DNA of 24,284 nucleotides from assembly GCA_965648905.1 (NCBI GenBank), contig CBFGIT010000036.1, positions 1 through 24,284 on the forward strand, read 5' to 3'. The notes beneath the pieces are model-generated. The model was not told where the DNA came from. It did no database searches and saw only the letters and a program-made list of their open reading frames with translations. This DNA is from a candidate division WOR-3 bacterium. GTDB lineage: Bacteria; Hydrothermota; Tepidihabitantia; Tepidihabitantales; Tepidihabitantaceae. Of this stretch, positions 16,142 through 24,143 are shown in pieces; the stretch's first letter is position 1; every line of letters begins with the position of its first letter. A program made the position numbers and the translations under genes.

Positions 16142-16169
16142 TTGACAAGCCGGTCAGCCGTGCTAGCCT
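16142..16169 (+). promoter_or_regulatory. Putative sigma70 promoter of the nucleotidyltransferase (TTGACA-N16-TAGCCT, extended -10 TGn)
   Basis: -35 at 16142-16147, TG at 16161-16162, -10 at 16164-16169; SD AAGGAGG at 16208-16214. Confidence 0.65.
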
Positions 16170-16218
16170 TTGTCGATGAAGCCGGGCAACAGCCCGCACC
16201 TGCGTCTAAGGAGGCTCG

Positions 16219-16980
16219 ATGCTGCCTGATGCCTATGTCCGAACCGTTCTCGCCAAGTATGACCTGCCATCCGGGCCGAATTCACCGGCCGAGTGCGTCG
16301 CGGTCGAGTTGAAGAAGCCGATTACCGAGTGGGCCGGTCGGTACCTGGTTGGAATCCAGTTCTGCGGTTCGTACGCTAACGGCACCCGCATCAAGGGTTC
16401 AACCGATGTCGACCTGCTGGTGCTGCTCGGACCACGTACCCCGCTCGACATTGACAAGCTCTACGAGCGGTTCTTCAGCTTCCTCAAGTCGCGCAACCTG
16501 AACCCCCGCCGTCAGGCGACATCAATCGGCCTGGACTATCACGGACTGACCGTTGACCTGGTCCCGGCAAAGCAGGAATGGGGCGCTTCGAACGACTGCC
16601 GGATATTCAGGACCGAGCGCCAACGCATTGCCCGAACCAACTTCGAGACTCACCTGAAGACCGTCAAGGAGTCGGACGTAATCGAAGAAATCCGGCTGGT
16701 CAAGATCTGGCGCACCATGCGTAACCTTCGTTTTCCTTCGTTCTATCTCTGCCTGACCGTGATCGATGCTCTGCGCCACCGGGCGCACCACCAGCCGGCT
16801 AAGAACCTCGAAACCGTGCTCCACTATCTGAAGGACGTTTTCCCCAACGCACCGATTCGTGACCCGGCCAACTTCGAGAACCTGGTTTCAGACGACCTGC
16901 TCAAACACGAGAAACTCGCCATTGCCGACGCCGCAACCGACTCGCTTGAGTACATCGACTGGTCGTATATCGTCCGATGA
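16219..16980 (+). CDS. SMODS / CD-NTase (cGAS/DncV/OAS-like) Pol-beta superfamily nucleotidyltransferase, 253 aa
   Basis: hG[S]x9DxD motif CGSYANGTRIKGSTDVDLL; third Asp in VDLVPA; OAS-like C-terminal helices IRLVKIWR...FPSFYL and DPAN-ENLVSD; strong SD. Confidence 0.82.
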   Translation: MLPDAYVRTVLAKYDLPSGPNSPAECVAVELKKPITEWAGRYLVGIQFCGSYANGTRIKGSTDVDLLVLLGPRTPLDIDKLYERFFSFLKSRNLNPRRQATSIGLDYHGLTVDLVPAKQEWGASNDCRIFRTERQRIARTNFETHLKTVKESDVIEEIRLVKIWRTMRNLRFPSFYLCLTVIDALRHRAHHQPAKNLETVLHYLKDVFPNAPIRDPANFENLVSDDLLKHEKLAIADAATDSLEYIDWSYIVR

Positions 16981-17023
16981 CCAGCCTGAGTTGACAGGCC
17001 GGCAGACGCAAGGAAGATTAGCC

Positions 17024-18394
17024 ATGAATATCTCGCCACCAGTCTGCTTGGTTGCTGGCATCCTGCTAGTGGCTGTCACCTCGGTCGATGCCCAGAACTG
17101 CGGCAGTTGTGCCGGGTGCCCGGCCAGCACCAGAGTCTTGCTTCGGACCGAGGCCGAGCACTGTCATTGGCTGGAAGTTGCATCGGTCGCGCCTGATGGT
17201 CCGGCAGCCCGGGCCGGCGTCGAGCCCGGCGACGTTCTGGTCAGCTATGCCGGGTCAACCGTCGGGTGCCTCGCCGACCTGAATCGCGCCCGCGACGCGG
17301 CGAAGACCGAAAGCGTGACCGTCTCGTTCCGCCGGAAGGAGAAGCTGCTCAACTTCATCCTGCCCCGGGGTAAGCTCGGCATCTACTTCAACGAATGGCA
17401 GCAAGACCTGGTGGCGGACAAGGACGCGAAGGTCATCACGGGCGTGCCCGCCTTGGGCTGGCACGAAAACAAGTCCAATTCCTTTATGGGTGCACTCGAG
17501 GCCGTGCTCAGGCAGCAGGGCGTCGAGGGAGACTACGCCTACGTGTGCGGCGTCTCGGGTGCGGCTTTCCGAACGCACTTCTTCGACACCTGGTGCCCGA
17601 GCTCGCCCGACCCAACCTGCGGATTCGACGCCGCTTCTGAGGCGCTGGCCGCGGTCGGGCTCAAGGCCACCTGGCTGCACGTCTCAAGTGACGGCAAGAA
17701 CAAGCCCCAGATTGTCGCGGCCATCAAGAAGAGCATCGATGCCGGCATGCCGGTGCTGGCGCTTGACCTCAGAAACCTGCCCGAATGGGGCGTCATCACC
17801 GGCTACCAGAAGAACGGCCAGGAGTTCTTCTGCCGGACCTGTTTTGACAACCGCAAAGGCTACGAGCTGGCCGAGAAGTTCCCGTCTGCAGTCGCAATAC
17901 TTGCGAAGCTGGCCAGGACCCGGGCTGCCAAGGAAGGTGTGCGGCGGTCGTTTCGCACCGTTGTCCAGAACCTGACCACCAAGAAGTACGGCGAGTACTA
18001 CTCGGGTCTCGCCGCATTTGACAAGTGGGTCGAGCGGCTCCGGACCGACGACTTCACGAAGCTCGACAGCGTGCAACTGTCAAACGTTGTGCAGGCCAAC
18101 TACTGGATATACGATCGGGTTGTCACCGATCGGCAGACCGGTCTTGCCTACCTTGACCGCGTCGCCGAGGATATGCCTGAGCTGGAGCCGCGCATGGCCG
18201 ACCTGACCGCGCTCTACGTGCAGGAAATTGAGGCCCTCAACCTGCTGCGCGCTGAGTTGCCCTGTCCGGGCAGCGTGACCAGGACCGAGCACTGGCCCCG
18301 CGAAACTCGCGACCGGCAGGCAGCGGCGCTTGCGACCGCGCGTGAGTTCGAGGAACAGGCGCTCGCAATATGGCAGGAGCTGGCGGCGCAGTGA
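17024..18394 (+). CDS. Exported protein with Cys-rich N-terminus (CGSCAGC), PDZ domain and BtrH/C39-like papain-fold domain, about 456 aa
   Basis: Signal peptide ending VDA; PDZ VASVAPDGPAARAGVEPGDVLVSY; YAYVCGVSGAAFR, IKKSIDAGMPVL, EWGVITGY. ATG 17024 follows AAGGAAG. Confidence 0.7.
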   Translation: MNISPPVCLVAGILLVAVTSVDAQNCGSCAGCPASTRVLLRTEAEHCHWLEVASVAPDGPAARAGVEPGDVLVSYAGSTVGCLADLNRARDAAKTESVTVSFRRKEKLLNFILPRGKLGIYFNEWQQDLVADKDAKVITGVPALGWHENKSNSFMGALEAVLRQQGVEGDYAYVCGVSGAAFRTHFFDTWCPSSPDPTCGFDAASEALAAVGLKATWLHVSSDGKNKPQIVAAIKKSIDAGMPVLALDLRNLPEWGVITGYQKNGQEFFCRTCFDNRKGYELAEKFPSAVAILAKLARTRAAKEGVRRSFRTVVQNLTTKKYGEYYSGLAAFDKWVERLRTDDFTKLDSVQLSNVVQANYWIYDRVVTDRQTGLAYLDRVAEDMPELEPRMADLTALYVQEIEALNLLRAELPCPGSVTRTEHWPRETRDRQAAALATAREFEEQALAIWQELAAQ

Positions 18395-18846
18395 GACCGA
18401 GACGTACTGCTGCTGACCGAGCGGCGGAATCCGCCCAGGCGTTGTTCGCGCGGGACTTCAACTGCGCCGAGTGTGTGCTGGCCGCGGTCGCGAAGCAGAT
18501 GAACCTGAAGTCGAGCCTGATACCGAAGGTCGCCGCCGGGTTCGGCGCCGGCATGGGCCGTCAAGGTTCGGTCTGCGGCGCGGTTGCCGGTGCGGTCATG
18601 GCACTGGGTCTCAAGTACGGCCGGCTGCACCCGAAGCAGGGCCGACACCCGACCTACCACCGGGTTCAGGCGCTCTGCCGCCGTTTCGAGGAGAAGTACG
18701 GTAGCATCTACTGTCGTGACCTGCTCGGTCATGACCTTGCCAGCACAAAAGCACTGTCCCGGGCAATGAAGGCAGGGGTCTTTGCCACCAAGTGTCCCGA
18801 GTTCATCGCGGCGGCAGTGAAGCTCTACTTTGAGCTTGCGCAGTAG
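18391..18846 (+). CDS. C_GCAxxG_C_C family putative redox-active protein, 151 aa
   Basis: FNCAECV, GFGAGMG, GSVCGAVAGA, SIYCRDL, KCPEF; GTG start overlaps the upstream TGA; AGGAG at 18375-18379. Confidence 0.9.
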   Translation: MRPRRTAADRAAESAQALFARDFNCAECVLAAVAKQMNLKSSLIPKVAAGFGAGMGRQGSVCGAVAGAVMALGLKYGRLHPKQGRHPTYHRVQALCRRFEEKYGSIYCRDLLGHDLASTKALSRAMKAGVFATKCPEFIAAAVKLYFELAQ

Positions 18847-18861
18847 GCCGACTTGGTCCGG

Positions 18862-18889
18862 TTGACACCGGGCTGGGTCAGGCTATGCT
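18862..18889 (+). promoter_or_regulatory. Putative sigma70 promoter of the S8 peptidase (TTGACA-N16-TATGCT)
   Basis: -35 at 18862-18867 and -10 at 18884-18889; SD GGAGG at 18907-18911 before GTG 18917. Confidence 0.7.
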
Positions 18890-18916
18890 CAGTTCAACCA
18901 ATTCGTGGAGGTCAAT

Positions 18917-20590
18917 GTGAAAGAGAGCTTCTTCGTCCTGTTGGCTGCATTCGGAGTCGCGGCAGCGTCTGTCTCTCCAAGTCTTGAGCGCCGGCTTACC
19001 TGTGCCGCTTCGGACGAGTATCTGCCGGTGCAGGTCGTCCTCAAGGCGCAGTTCGACCCCGAACTGCTCAACTCGCTTGTTGACGGCATGCCCAGGCCGC
19101 AACGCCGAGCCCAAGTCGCCCGCATCCTTAGGGAGTTCTCAGCCCGGGAGCAGGCTGGCCTGCTCGAACTGCTCGATCGGTGCGGCGCCCAGAGCATCCG
19201 ACCACTCTGGATAGTCAACGCGGTCTCGTGTGAGGCAACGCCCGAACTGGTCCGACTGGTCGCAGCCCGACCTGACGTTGCCTACGTCGGTCTGGACCTT
19301 GCCCCGGCAGCAGCCGAGCTTCAAGGCCCGGGACCGCCGGCAGAGCCGCAGGACGAGATTCCCTGGGGCGTGCAGCGCATCAACGCGCCCGCGGTCTGGG
19401 CAATGGGTTACACCGGTCAGGGCATCGTCGTCGGCATCATTGACACCGGGACCGACTACACCCATCCTGACCTTGCCGGCCACCTCTGGACCGACCCGAA
19501 CTACCCCCATCATGGCTGGGATTTCGAGAACAACGACGACGACCCGATGGACAGCCACGGCCATGGCACAATGACTGCGGGGTTTGTCGCTGCTGATGGA
19601 ACCTCCGGTTCTCAGTGTGGTGTTGCGCCTGGTGCTCAACTCCTGCTCTGCCGCGTGCGTGCTGAAGCTGACCCGCAGGCTGAGTCCCAGTGCTGGGAAG
19701 CGATGCAGTTCTGTGTGGCTCCGCCTTTGTCCCCGAACCACGGGGCTGATGTCATCTGCCTGGCCCTGGGCTGGCGCATCGCCTGGAATCCGCAGCAGGC
19801 GACCTGGCGGACCGTAGTGAACAACGTCAATGCTGCCGGGCTGTGTCAGTTCGCCTCGCCGGGCAGCGAAGGAGGCACCAACCCGCCCTATGATGTGCGC
19901 TGCCCGGGCCATGTGCCGCCGCCCTGGTGGAACCCGGAGAACTCCGGCTCAGGCACGCTCTCAGGGATTGTCGCGGTCGGCGCAACCGACGCCGACGACC
20001 TGATTGCTTCATTCTCCAGTCGCGGGCCGGTCACCTGGCAGGGAGTTGCGCCGTTCAACGACTACGTCTATCCGCCCGGCCTGACCAAGCCCGAGGTATC
20101 GGCTCCGGGCGTCAACGTCAAGACCATCCTGCTCGGCGGCGGCTACACGGTCGTGTCCGGTACGTCCTGGTCCACTGCGCTCGGTGCGGGCGCGGCTGCG
20201 GTCCTTCTGTCCCGTGACCCTGACCTCTCGCCCGCTGAGGTAGATGAAGCGCTTGAGCTCTCGGCGGTTGACCTGGGCACGCCGGGCAAAGACAACGCCT
20301 ACGGCGCAGGCCGGATTGACCTGCTCGGTGCAGTGACCGGCGTGGCCGAAGAACGCGAGATGCCATACGCCCTGCGCCAGACACAGGTAGTCAGGCCCAC
20401 TGTGTTCCGGGACGGGTGTCGGGTCAGTGTCACCGGGCCGGTCCAAGTGGTCGACGCAACCGGCCGAACCGTCACAATCATCTCCTCGGACATATGGCAG
20501 GCCGGGCCTTGCGTGCGGCCCGGCGTCTACTTCCTGCGTCCGGCTGCCAGCAGCAATTCGCGGCCTGTCCGCATCACCTACATAAGGTAG
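18917..20590 (+). CDS. Secreted S8 family (subtilisin-like) serine peptidase with prodomain and short CTD-like tail, about 557 aa
   Basis: Signal peptide; prodomain (LWIVNAV); triad motifs VGIIDTG, HGHGTMTAG, SGTSWST; FSSRGP, KPEVSAPG, DNAYGAGRID; tail VDATGRTV...PGVYFL. Confidence 0.92.
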   Translation: MKESFFVLLAAFGVAAASVSPSLERRLTCAASDEYLPVQVVLKAQFDPELLNSLVDGMPRPQRRAQVARILREFSAREQAGLLELLDRCGAQSIRPLWIVNAVSCEATPELVRLVAARPDVAYVGLDLAPAAAELQGPGPPAEPQDEIPWGVQRINAPAVWAMGYTGQGIVVGIIDTGTDYTHPDLAGHLWTDPNYPHHGWDFENNDDDPMDSHGHGTMTAGFVAADGTSGSQCGVAPGAQLLLCRVRAEADPQAESQCWEAMQFCVAPPLSPNHGADVICLALGWRIAWNPQQATWRTVVNNVNAAGLCQFASPGSEGGTNPPYDVRCPGHVPPPWWNPENSGSGTLSGIVAVGATDADDLIASFSSRGPVTWQGVAPFNDYVYPPGLTKPEVSAPGVNVKTILLGGGYTVVSGTSWSTALGAGAAAVLLSRDPDLSPAEVDEALELSAVDLGTPGKDNAYGAGRIDLLGAVTGVAEEREMPYALRQTQVVRPTVFRDGCRVSVTGPVQVVDATGRTVTIISSDIWQAGPCVRPGVYFLRPAASSNSRPVRITYIR

Positions 20591-20596
20591 GCCCGA

Positions 20597-21445
20597 CTGC
20601 TCGAACCTTACCGGCCCGAGTTCTTCTCTCTGGTGCGGTCGTTTGCCCGGCACCTGGAGAACTTCTTCTATGTCAAGCTCATCATCAGGGCCCACGCTTC
20701 AGGTCGGGTGCCGGGAAGGTGCTATGTCTGGCGCGACGATGGTCGCATCGTGGCGTTCAGCGCGGTCGCGTTTCTCAACCCGGATGATGCCTGGCTCTGG
20801 GGCATGCGTGTTGCCCCAGAGTTTCAGGGCAAAGGCGTCGCCACCAGCTTCACCCGGGCGCTCTTTCCCATTATCCGCAAAACGGGTTGCACCTGGGCCG
20901 GGCTGAATACTCTTGACAGTTCGCGGCCCAAGCCGACATTCCGTGTGATGGAGAAGCTTGGCTTCAGGCTCGAAGACACCTATTGCGACGACGTGTACTG
21001 GCGTCGGCCCAAGGACGTACCAAGGCCTCGGCTTGAGCCCTGCCGCGATGTCTTCTCTCACTTTGTCGAACTGGGCCGCCAGACCTTTTTCCATTCCCGG
21101 CATGGCTGGTTCTGCTCGCGCCTGCTGCCGGCCCGTCGCAGTTGGGTAGACAAACACGGCTTCCGGCTCGACGGTGTGCCGGTCCATGTCGCCCGCTTTC
21201 GGTACACTGAGAAGGGACGTCGGCTCACCGGCGTAACCGTCAACCTGTTCGACCGGCCGCCGGACTTCGGCACCCTTGTTCCGCGCCTGCTTTCGCTTGT
21301 GCCCAGGCGCGGGCACATGGTTGTCAACTACCCGGTTGAATGGAAACGCGCATTCCGGGCTGCGGCCCGGGCCGCAGTCCCGCGTCTCGGGCAGAACCAC
21401 GGGGCCTGGTTCTCAGCCTGGCGTATCTACGGCAAGCGGTTGTGA
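20597..21445 (+). CDS. GNAT family N-acetyltransferase (start uncertain: CTG 20597 or GTG 20633)
   Basis: AWLWGMRVAPEFQGKGVATS acetyl-CoA motif A and MEKLGF motif B; the upstream in-frame LEPYRPEF resembles a GNAT first strand. Confidence 0.75.
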   Translation: MLEPYRPEFFSLVRSFARHLENFFYVKLIIRAHASGRVPGRCYVWRDDGRIVAFSAVAFLNPDDAWLWGMRVAPEFQGKGVATSFTRALFPIIRKTGCTWAGLNTLDSSRPKPTFRVMEKLGFRLEDTYCDDVYWRRPKDVPRPRLEPCRDVFSHFVELGRQTFFHSRHGWFCSRLLPARRSWVDKHGFRLDGVPVHVARFRYTEKGRRLTGVTVNLFDRPPDFGTLVPRLLSLVPRRGHMVVNYPVEWKRAFRAAARAAVPRLGQNHGAWFSAWRIYGKRL

Positions 21446-21478
21446 CGGGGCAACGTTCGAAACAGCCCGCTCTGCGCC

Positions 21479-21506
21479 TTGACACGGCGTCGGCACGGGC
21501 TAGCAT
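21479..21506 (+). promoter_or_regulatory. Putative sigma70 promoter of the C25 peptidase (TTGACA-N16-TAGCAT)
   Basis: -35 at 21479-21484 and -10 at 21501-21506; SD GGAG at 21534-21537 before GTG 21544. Confidence 0.65.
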
Positions 21507-21543
21507 GGTACAAGTGCTATCATTGAAGTGATTGGAGTATGAC

Positions 21544-24045
21544 GTGAGCATTATTGTTCTGCTGCTCTGCGCCCAGAGCCCGGCGCTGGTGCCGGTTCCC
21601 TATCACGACCCGCTCGGCCGCCGGCCCTCGACCTACGAGGAGTACGCGGCCTGCCTGACCGATGCACCGTACCAGACCGAAGTCCGGGCGCGACTCGTCT
21701 CGGGCCGGGATACAAGGCTGGTTCTGGTTCTCGTGAATGCCGGGCTGTATCCGGCCATCGAGGATGAGCTTTCGACCTATCTTGCCGACGTGGCCGGGTC
21801 CGGCTTCGATGCCAAGCTCATAACCGTCTTCGGCGGCAGGCCGGCAGACCTGCGCTCGACCCTGCAGGCCCACCGCGACTCAGGCCTTGCGGCCGGCGTC
21901 ATGGTCGGCGACCTGCCGGTGGCATGGTGGGAGGACAGCGAGTACGGCGAGGACTATCCGATTGATCTCTTCTTCACCGACCTCGACGGCACGTTTGCCG
22001 ACAACGACGGTGACGGCAAGTACGACCGCCATTCGGGCAACACCGCGCCCGACATTCGGCTCGGCCGCATCTACGCGTCCCGGTTCACCTATGGCGGTGA
22101 GGCCGAGCTGGTCCGTTCCTACTTCCGGCGTAACCACGCGTACCGAACTGGACAGATGACCATCCCCCGGCGAGCCATGGCGTACAACGAAGTCGACTGG
22201 TACCCGAACGACCACGGGCTCGGCAATCTCTATTCCGACGTGACCGTGTTCAACGACCAGAACATAACCACGGCCCATCACTACCGGGGCCAGTTGGTTC
22301 ACGGCTACGAGTTCATTCACATCATCGCTCATTCGTCGCCCTGGGTTCACTCGTTCTTTCTCCAGAACGACGAGTTCGGGGCCGGGTCGGTGTTCAACTT
22401 CGAGCTGCCCGCGCTCTGCCCCCGGGCTGCATTCTACTTTGTCAATGGCTGCATGAGCGGCCGGTTCACCGAGCGTGACAACCTTGGCAACTGGTATCTG
22501 TTTGCCCAGCCTTGGGCGCTCGAAGTGATGGCGTCGAGCCAGTTGATGTACGGCGTGAACAGCCTGGCCACGGTCTACCAGGCGTTGAGCCGCGACTCGA
22601 CGTTCGGCGCAGCGTTCCTCGCCTGGCACCGCACGAACTACGCCAGCTTCCAAGGTACGTGCCTATTGGGCGACCCGACGCTTAGAGTGAATCGAGCCGA
22701 GCCGCAGGCCGTTCGTGTCAATCCGCCGCACTACACCGGCGCGGCTCCGACTGACTGGTCGGTGTACGACGTCGAGAACTCGGACTTCGTCAACGGCCAC
22801 CCGGCCATCGGCGCTGCTCAGGGTAGAATCAGGATTGCATTCGACTCCGGGCGCCGGGTGCGGTCCGACACCTACATCTCGTCGTTCACCGGGGCTGGGT
22901 TCACTCTGCCTGAGTCGGTGGCGTGGCACGAGTACTACGACCTGTTCCCGACCTGTGCGACCGATGCCGCGGGCCGGTTCTGGGTTGCCTGGCAGAGTTT
23001 TCGCGACTACTCAAGTTACGAGCACTTCCAGGTCTTCACCGCTCGGTACTACAACGGCCAGTGGTCGTCGGTCAGCCGGGTCGGACCCCAGGCCGGCTAC
23101 CACGACGTGCAGCCCGACCTTGCATCGGGCACGGACACGATGGTCTGGTGTGCGTTCAAGTCCTGGCGCAACGGCCAGGCCGACATCTGGGTCTCGAACG
23201 CGTACGACGGCGGTGCGTGGTCAACGCCGGTACGCCTGACTATGGACTCGCTCGACCAGGTTGACCCCTGTGTTGTCGTTGACCGTGACAACCATCCCTG
23301 GGTCTTCTGGACCTCGCTTGCCAACGGCCGCTGGCAACTGCACGGCCGCAAGTATGACAACGGCTGGCAGCCGGTCTTTGTGCTCGACTCTTTCGGTGAC
23401 AACAGCTCGCCGCGGGCCGCGGTTGACCAAGTCGGCCGGCTCTGGGTTGTCTGGCACAAGTGGCAGGGAGCACAGGCCGATGTCTACTACGCCTGGTTTG
23501 ATTCGGTCTGGTCTGCGCCCGCACCGCTGACCGCAAGCCCAACTGACGACGTCCTGCCCGACATTGCGGCGGCGACTGACGGCACGGTCTGGGCCTGCTG
23601 GCAGTCACGCGCGACCGGCCATTGGGACGTATACACCTCGTGCTACGCCGACGGCTGGAGCGAACCTGAGCCGCTCGTTCTTGACACGGCCAACGACTAC
23701 GACCCGGTCATCGTTGCTGACACCGGTGGCATCTGGGTGGCGTGGGCATCAGACCGCCGCGGTTACTGGAACATCCGGGCTGCACACAACTCGCTCACCG
23801 GCGTCAATGGGCGGGCGCGTGCCACGACACCGCTGGTCCGGGCCATGCCGAATCCGTTCCGCGACAAGACGCTCTTCTTTGGACCAGCCACGTTCTCGGT
23901 CGACATGTTCGCAGCAGACGGCCGCAGGGTGGCCCGACTCGAAGGCAGGAACGGCACTGCCATCTGGCCTGCGACCGGTCTTGCACCGGGCGTCTACGTC
24001 GCGCACGTCGCCGGCTCGACCATCCGGCTCGTTCTTGCGCGCTAG
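21544..24045 (+). CDS. C25 (gingipain-like) cysteine peptidase with 7-repeat beta-propeller and T9SS-CTD-like tail, about 833 aa
   Basis: MVGDLPV, DLFFTDLDG, PDIRLGRI, His in IIAHSS (22330), Cys in VNGCMSG (22450), LLGDPTL; seven P-x-h-x-x-D-x-x-G-x-x-W-V-x-W-like repeats; tail MPNPF...DGRRV...LAPGVY. Confidence 0.85.
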   Translation: MSIIVLLLCAQSPALVPVPYHDPLGRRPSTYEEYAACLTDAPYQTEVRARLVSGRDTRLVLVLVNAGLYPAIEDELSTYLADVAGSGFDAKLITVFGGRPADLRSTLQAHRDSGLAAGVMVGDLPVAWWEDSEYGEDYPIDLFFTDLDGTFADNDGDGKYDRHSGNTAPDIRLGRIYASRFTYGGEAELVRSYFRRNHAYRTGQMTIPRRAMAYNEVDWYPNDHGLGNLYSDVTVFNDQNITTAHHYRGQLVHGYEFIHIIAHSSPWVHSFFLQNDEFGAGSVFNFELPALCPRAAFYFVNGCMSGRFTERDNLGNWYLFAQPWALEVMASSQLMYGVNSLATVYQALSRDSTFGAAFLAWHRTNYASFQGTCLLGDPTLRVNRAEPQAVRVNPPHYTGAAPTDWSVYDVENSDFVNGHPAIGAAQGRIRIAFDSGRRVRSDTYISSFTGAGFTLPESVAWHEYYDLFPTCATDAAGRFWVAWQSFRDYSSYEHFQVFTARYYNGQWSSVSRVGPQAGYHDVQPDLASGTDTMVWCAFKSWRNGQADIWVSNAYDGGAWSTPVRLTMDSLDQVDPCVVVDRDNHPWVFWTSLANGRWQLHGRKYDNGWQPVFVLDSFGDNSSPRAAVDQVGRLWVVWHKWQGAQADVYYAWFDSVWSAPAPLTASPTDDVLPDIAAATDGTVWACWQSRATGHWDVYTSCYADGWSEPEPLVLDTANDYDPVIVADTGGIWVAWASDRRGYWNIRAAHNSLTGVNGRARATTPLVRAMPNPFRDKTLFFGPATFSVDMFAADGRRVARLEGRNGTAIWPATGLAPGVYVAHVAGSTIRLVLAR

Positions 24046-24143
24046 CGCCCGGCCATCGGCCGGCCGCAATGAGACTCAACCCCTGCTTCAGTTACCGCCG
24101 ACTAGCGGGAGCCACTTGATGTTGCCCAAGGCGTTGTCGTGGG

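Noticed and set aside
16991..17019. Promoter for the PDZ gene, and isolated TTGACA boxes at 6885 (+) and 24180-24185 (-)
   Set aside because: Perfect -35 hexamers but no convincing -10 at 16-18 nt spacing, so not listed as features.
16219..18846. Complete CBASS operon (NTase plus the two downstream genes as effectors)
   Set aside because: The downstream genes encode a signal-peptide PDZ protein and a C_GCAxxG_C_C protein, with no known cyclic-nucleotide sensor or effector domain; a separate TTGACA at 16991 hints at independent transcription.
18917..21445. Pyrrolysine-type S8-GNAT fusion as the primary annotation
   Set aside because: The S8 ends in a terminal sorting-like domain and is exported, whereas GNATs need cytoplasmic acetyl-CoA; no pyl genes are visible. 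Kept only as an alternative.
21446..21472. Rho-independent terminators after the GNAT gene, the operon end (16103-16140) and the C25 gene
   Set aside because: Only imperfect GC stems without U-tracts.
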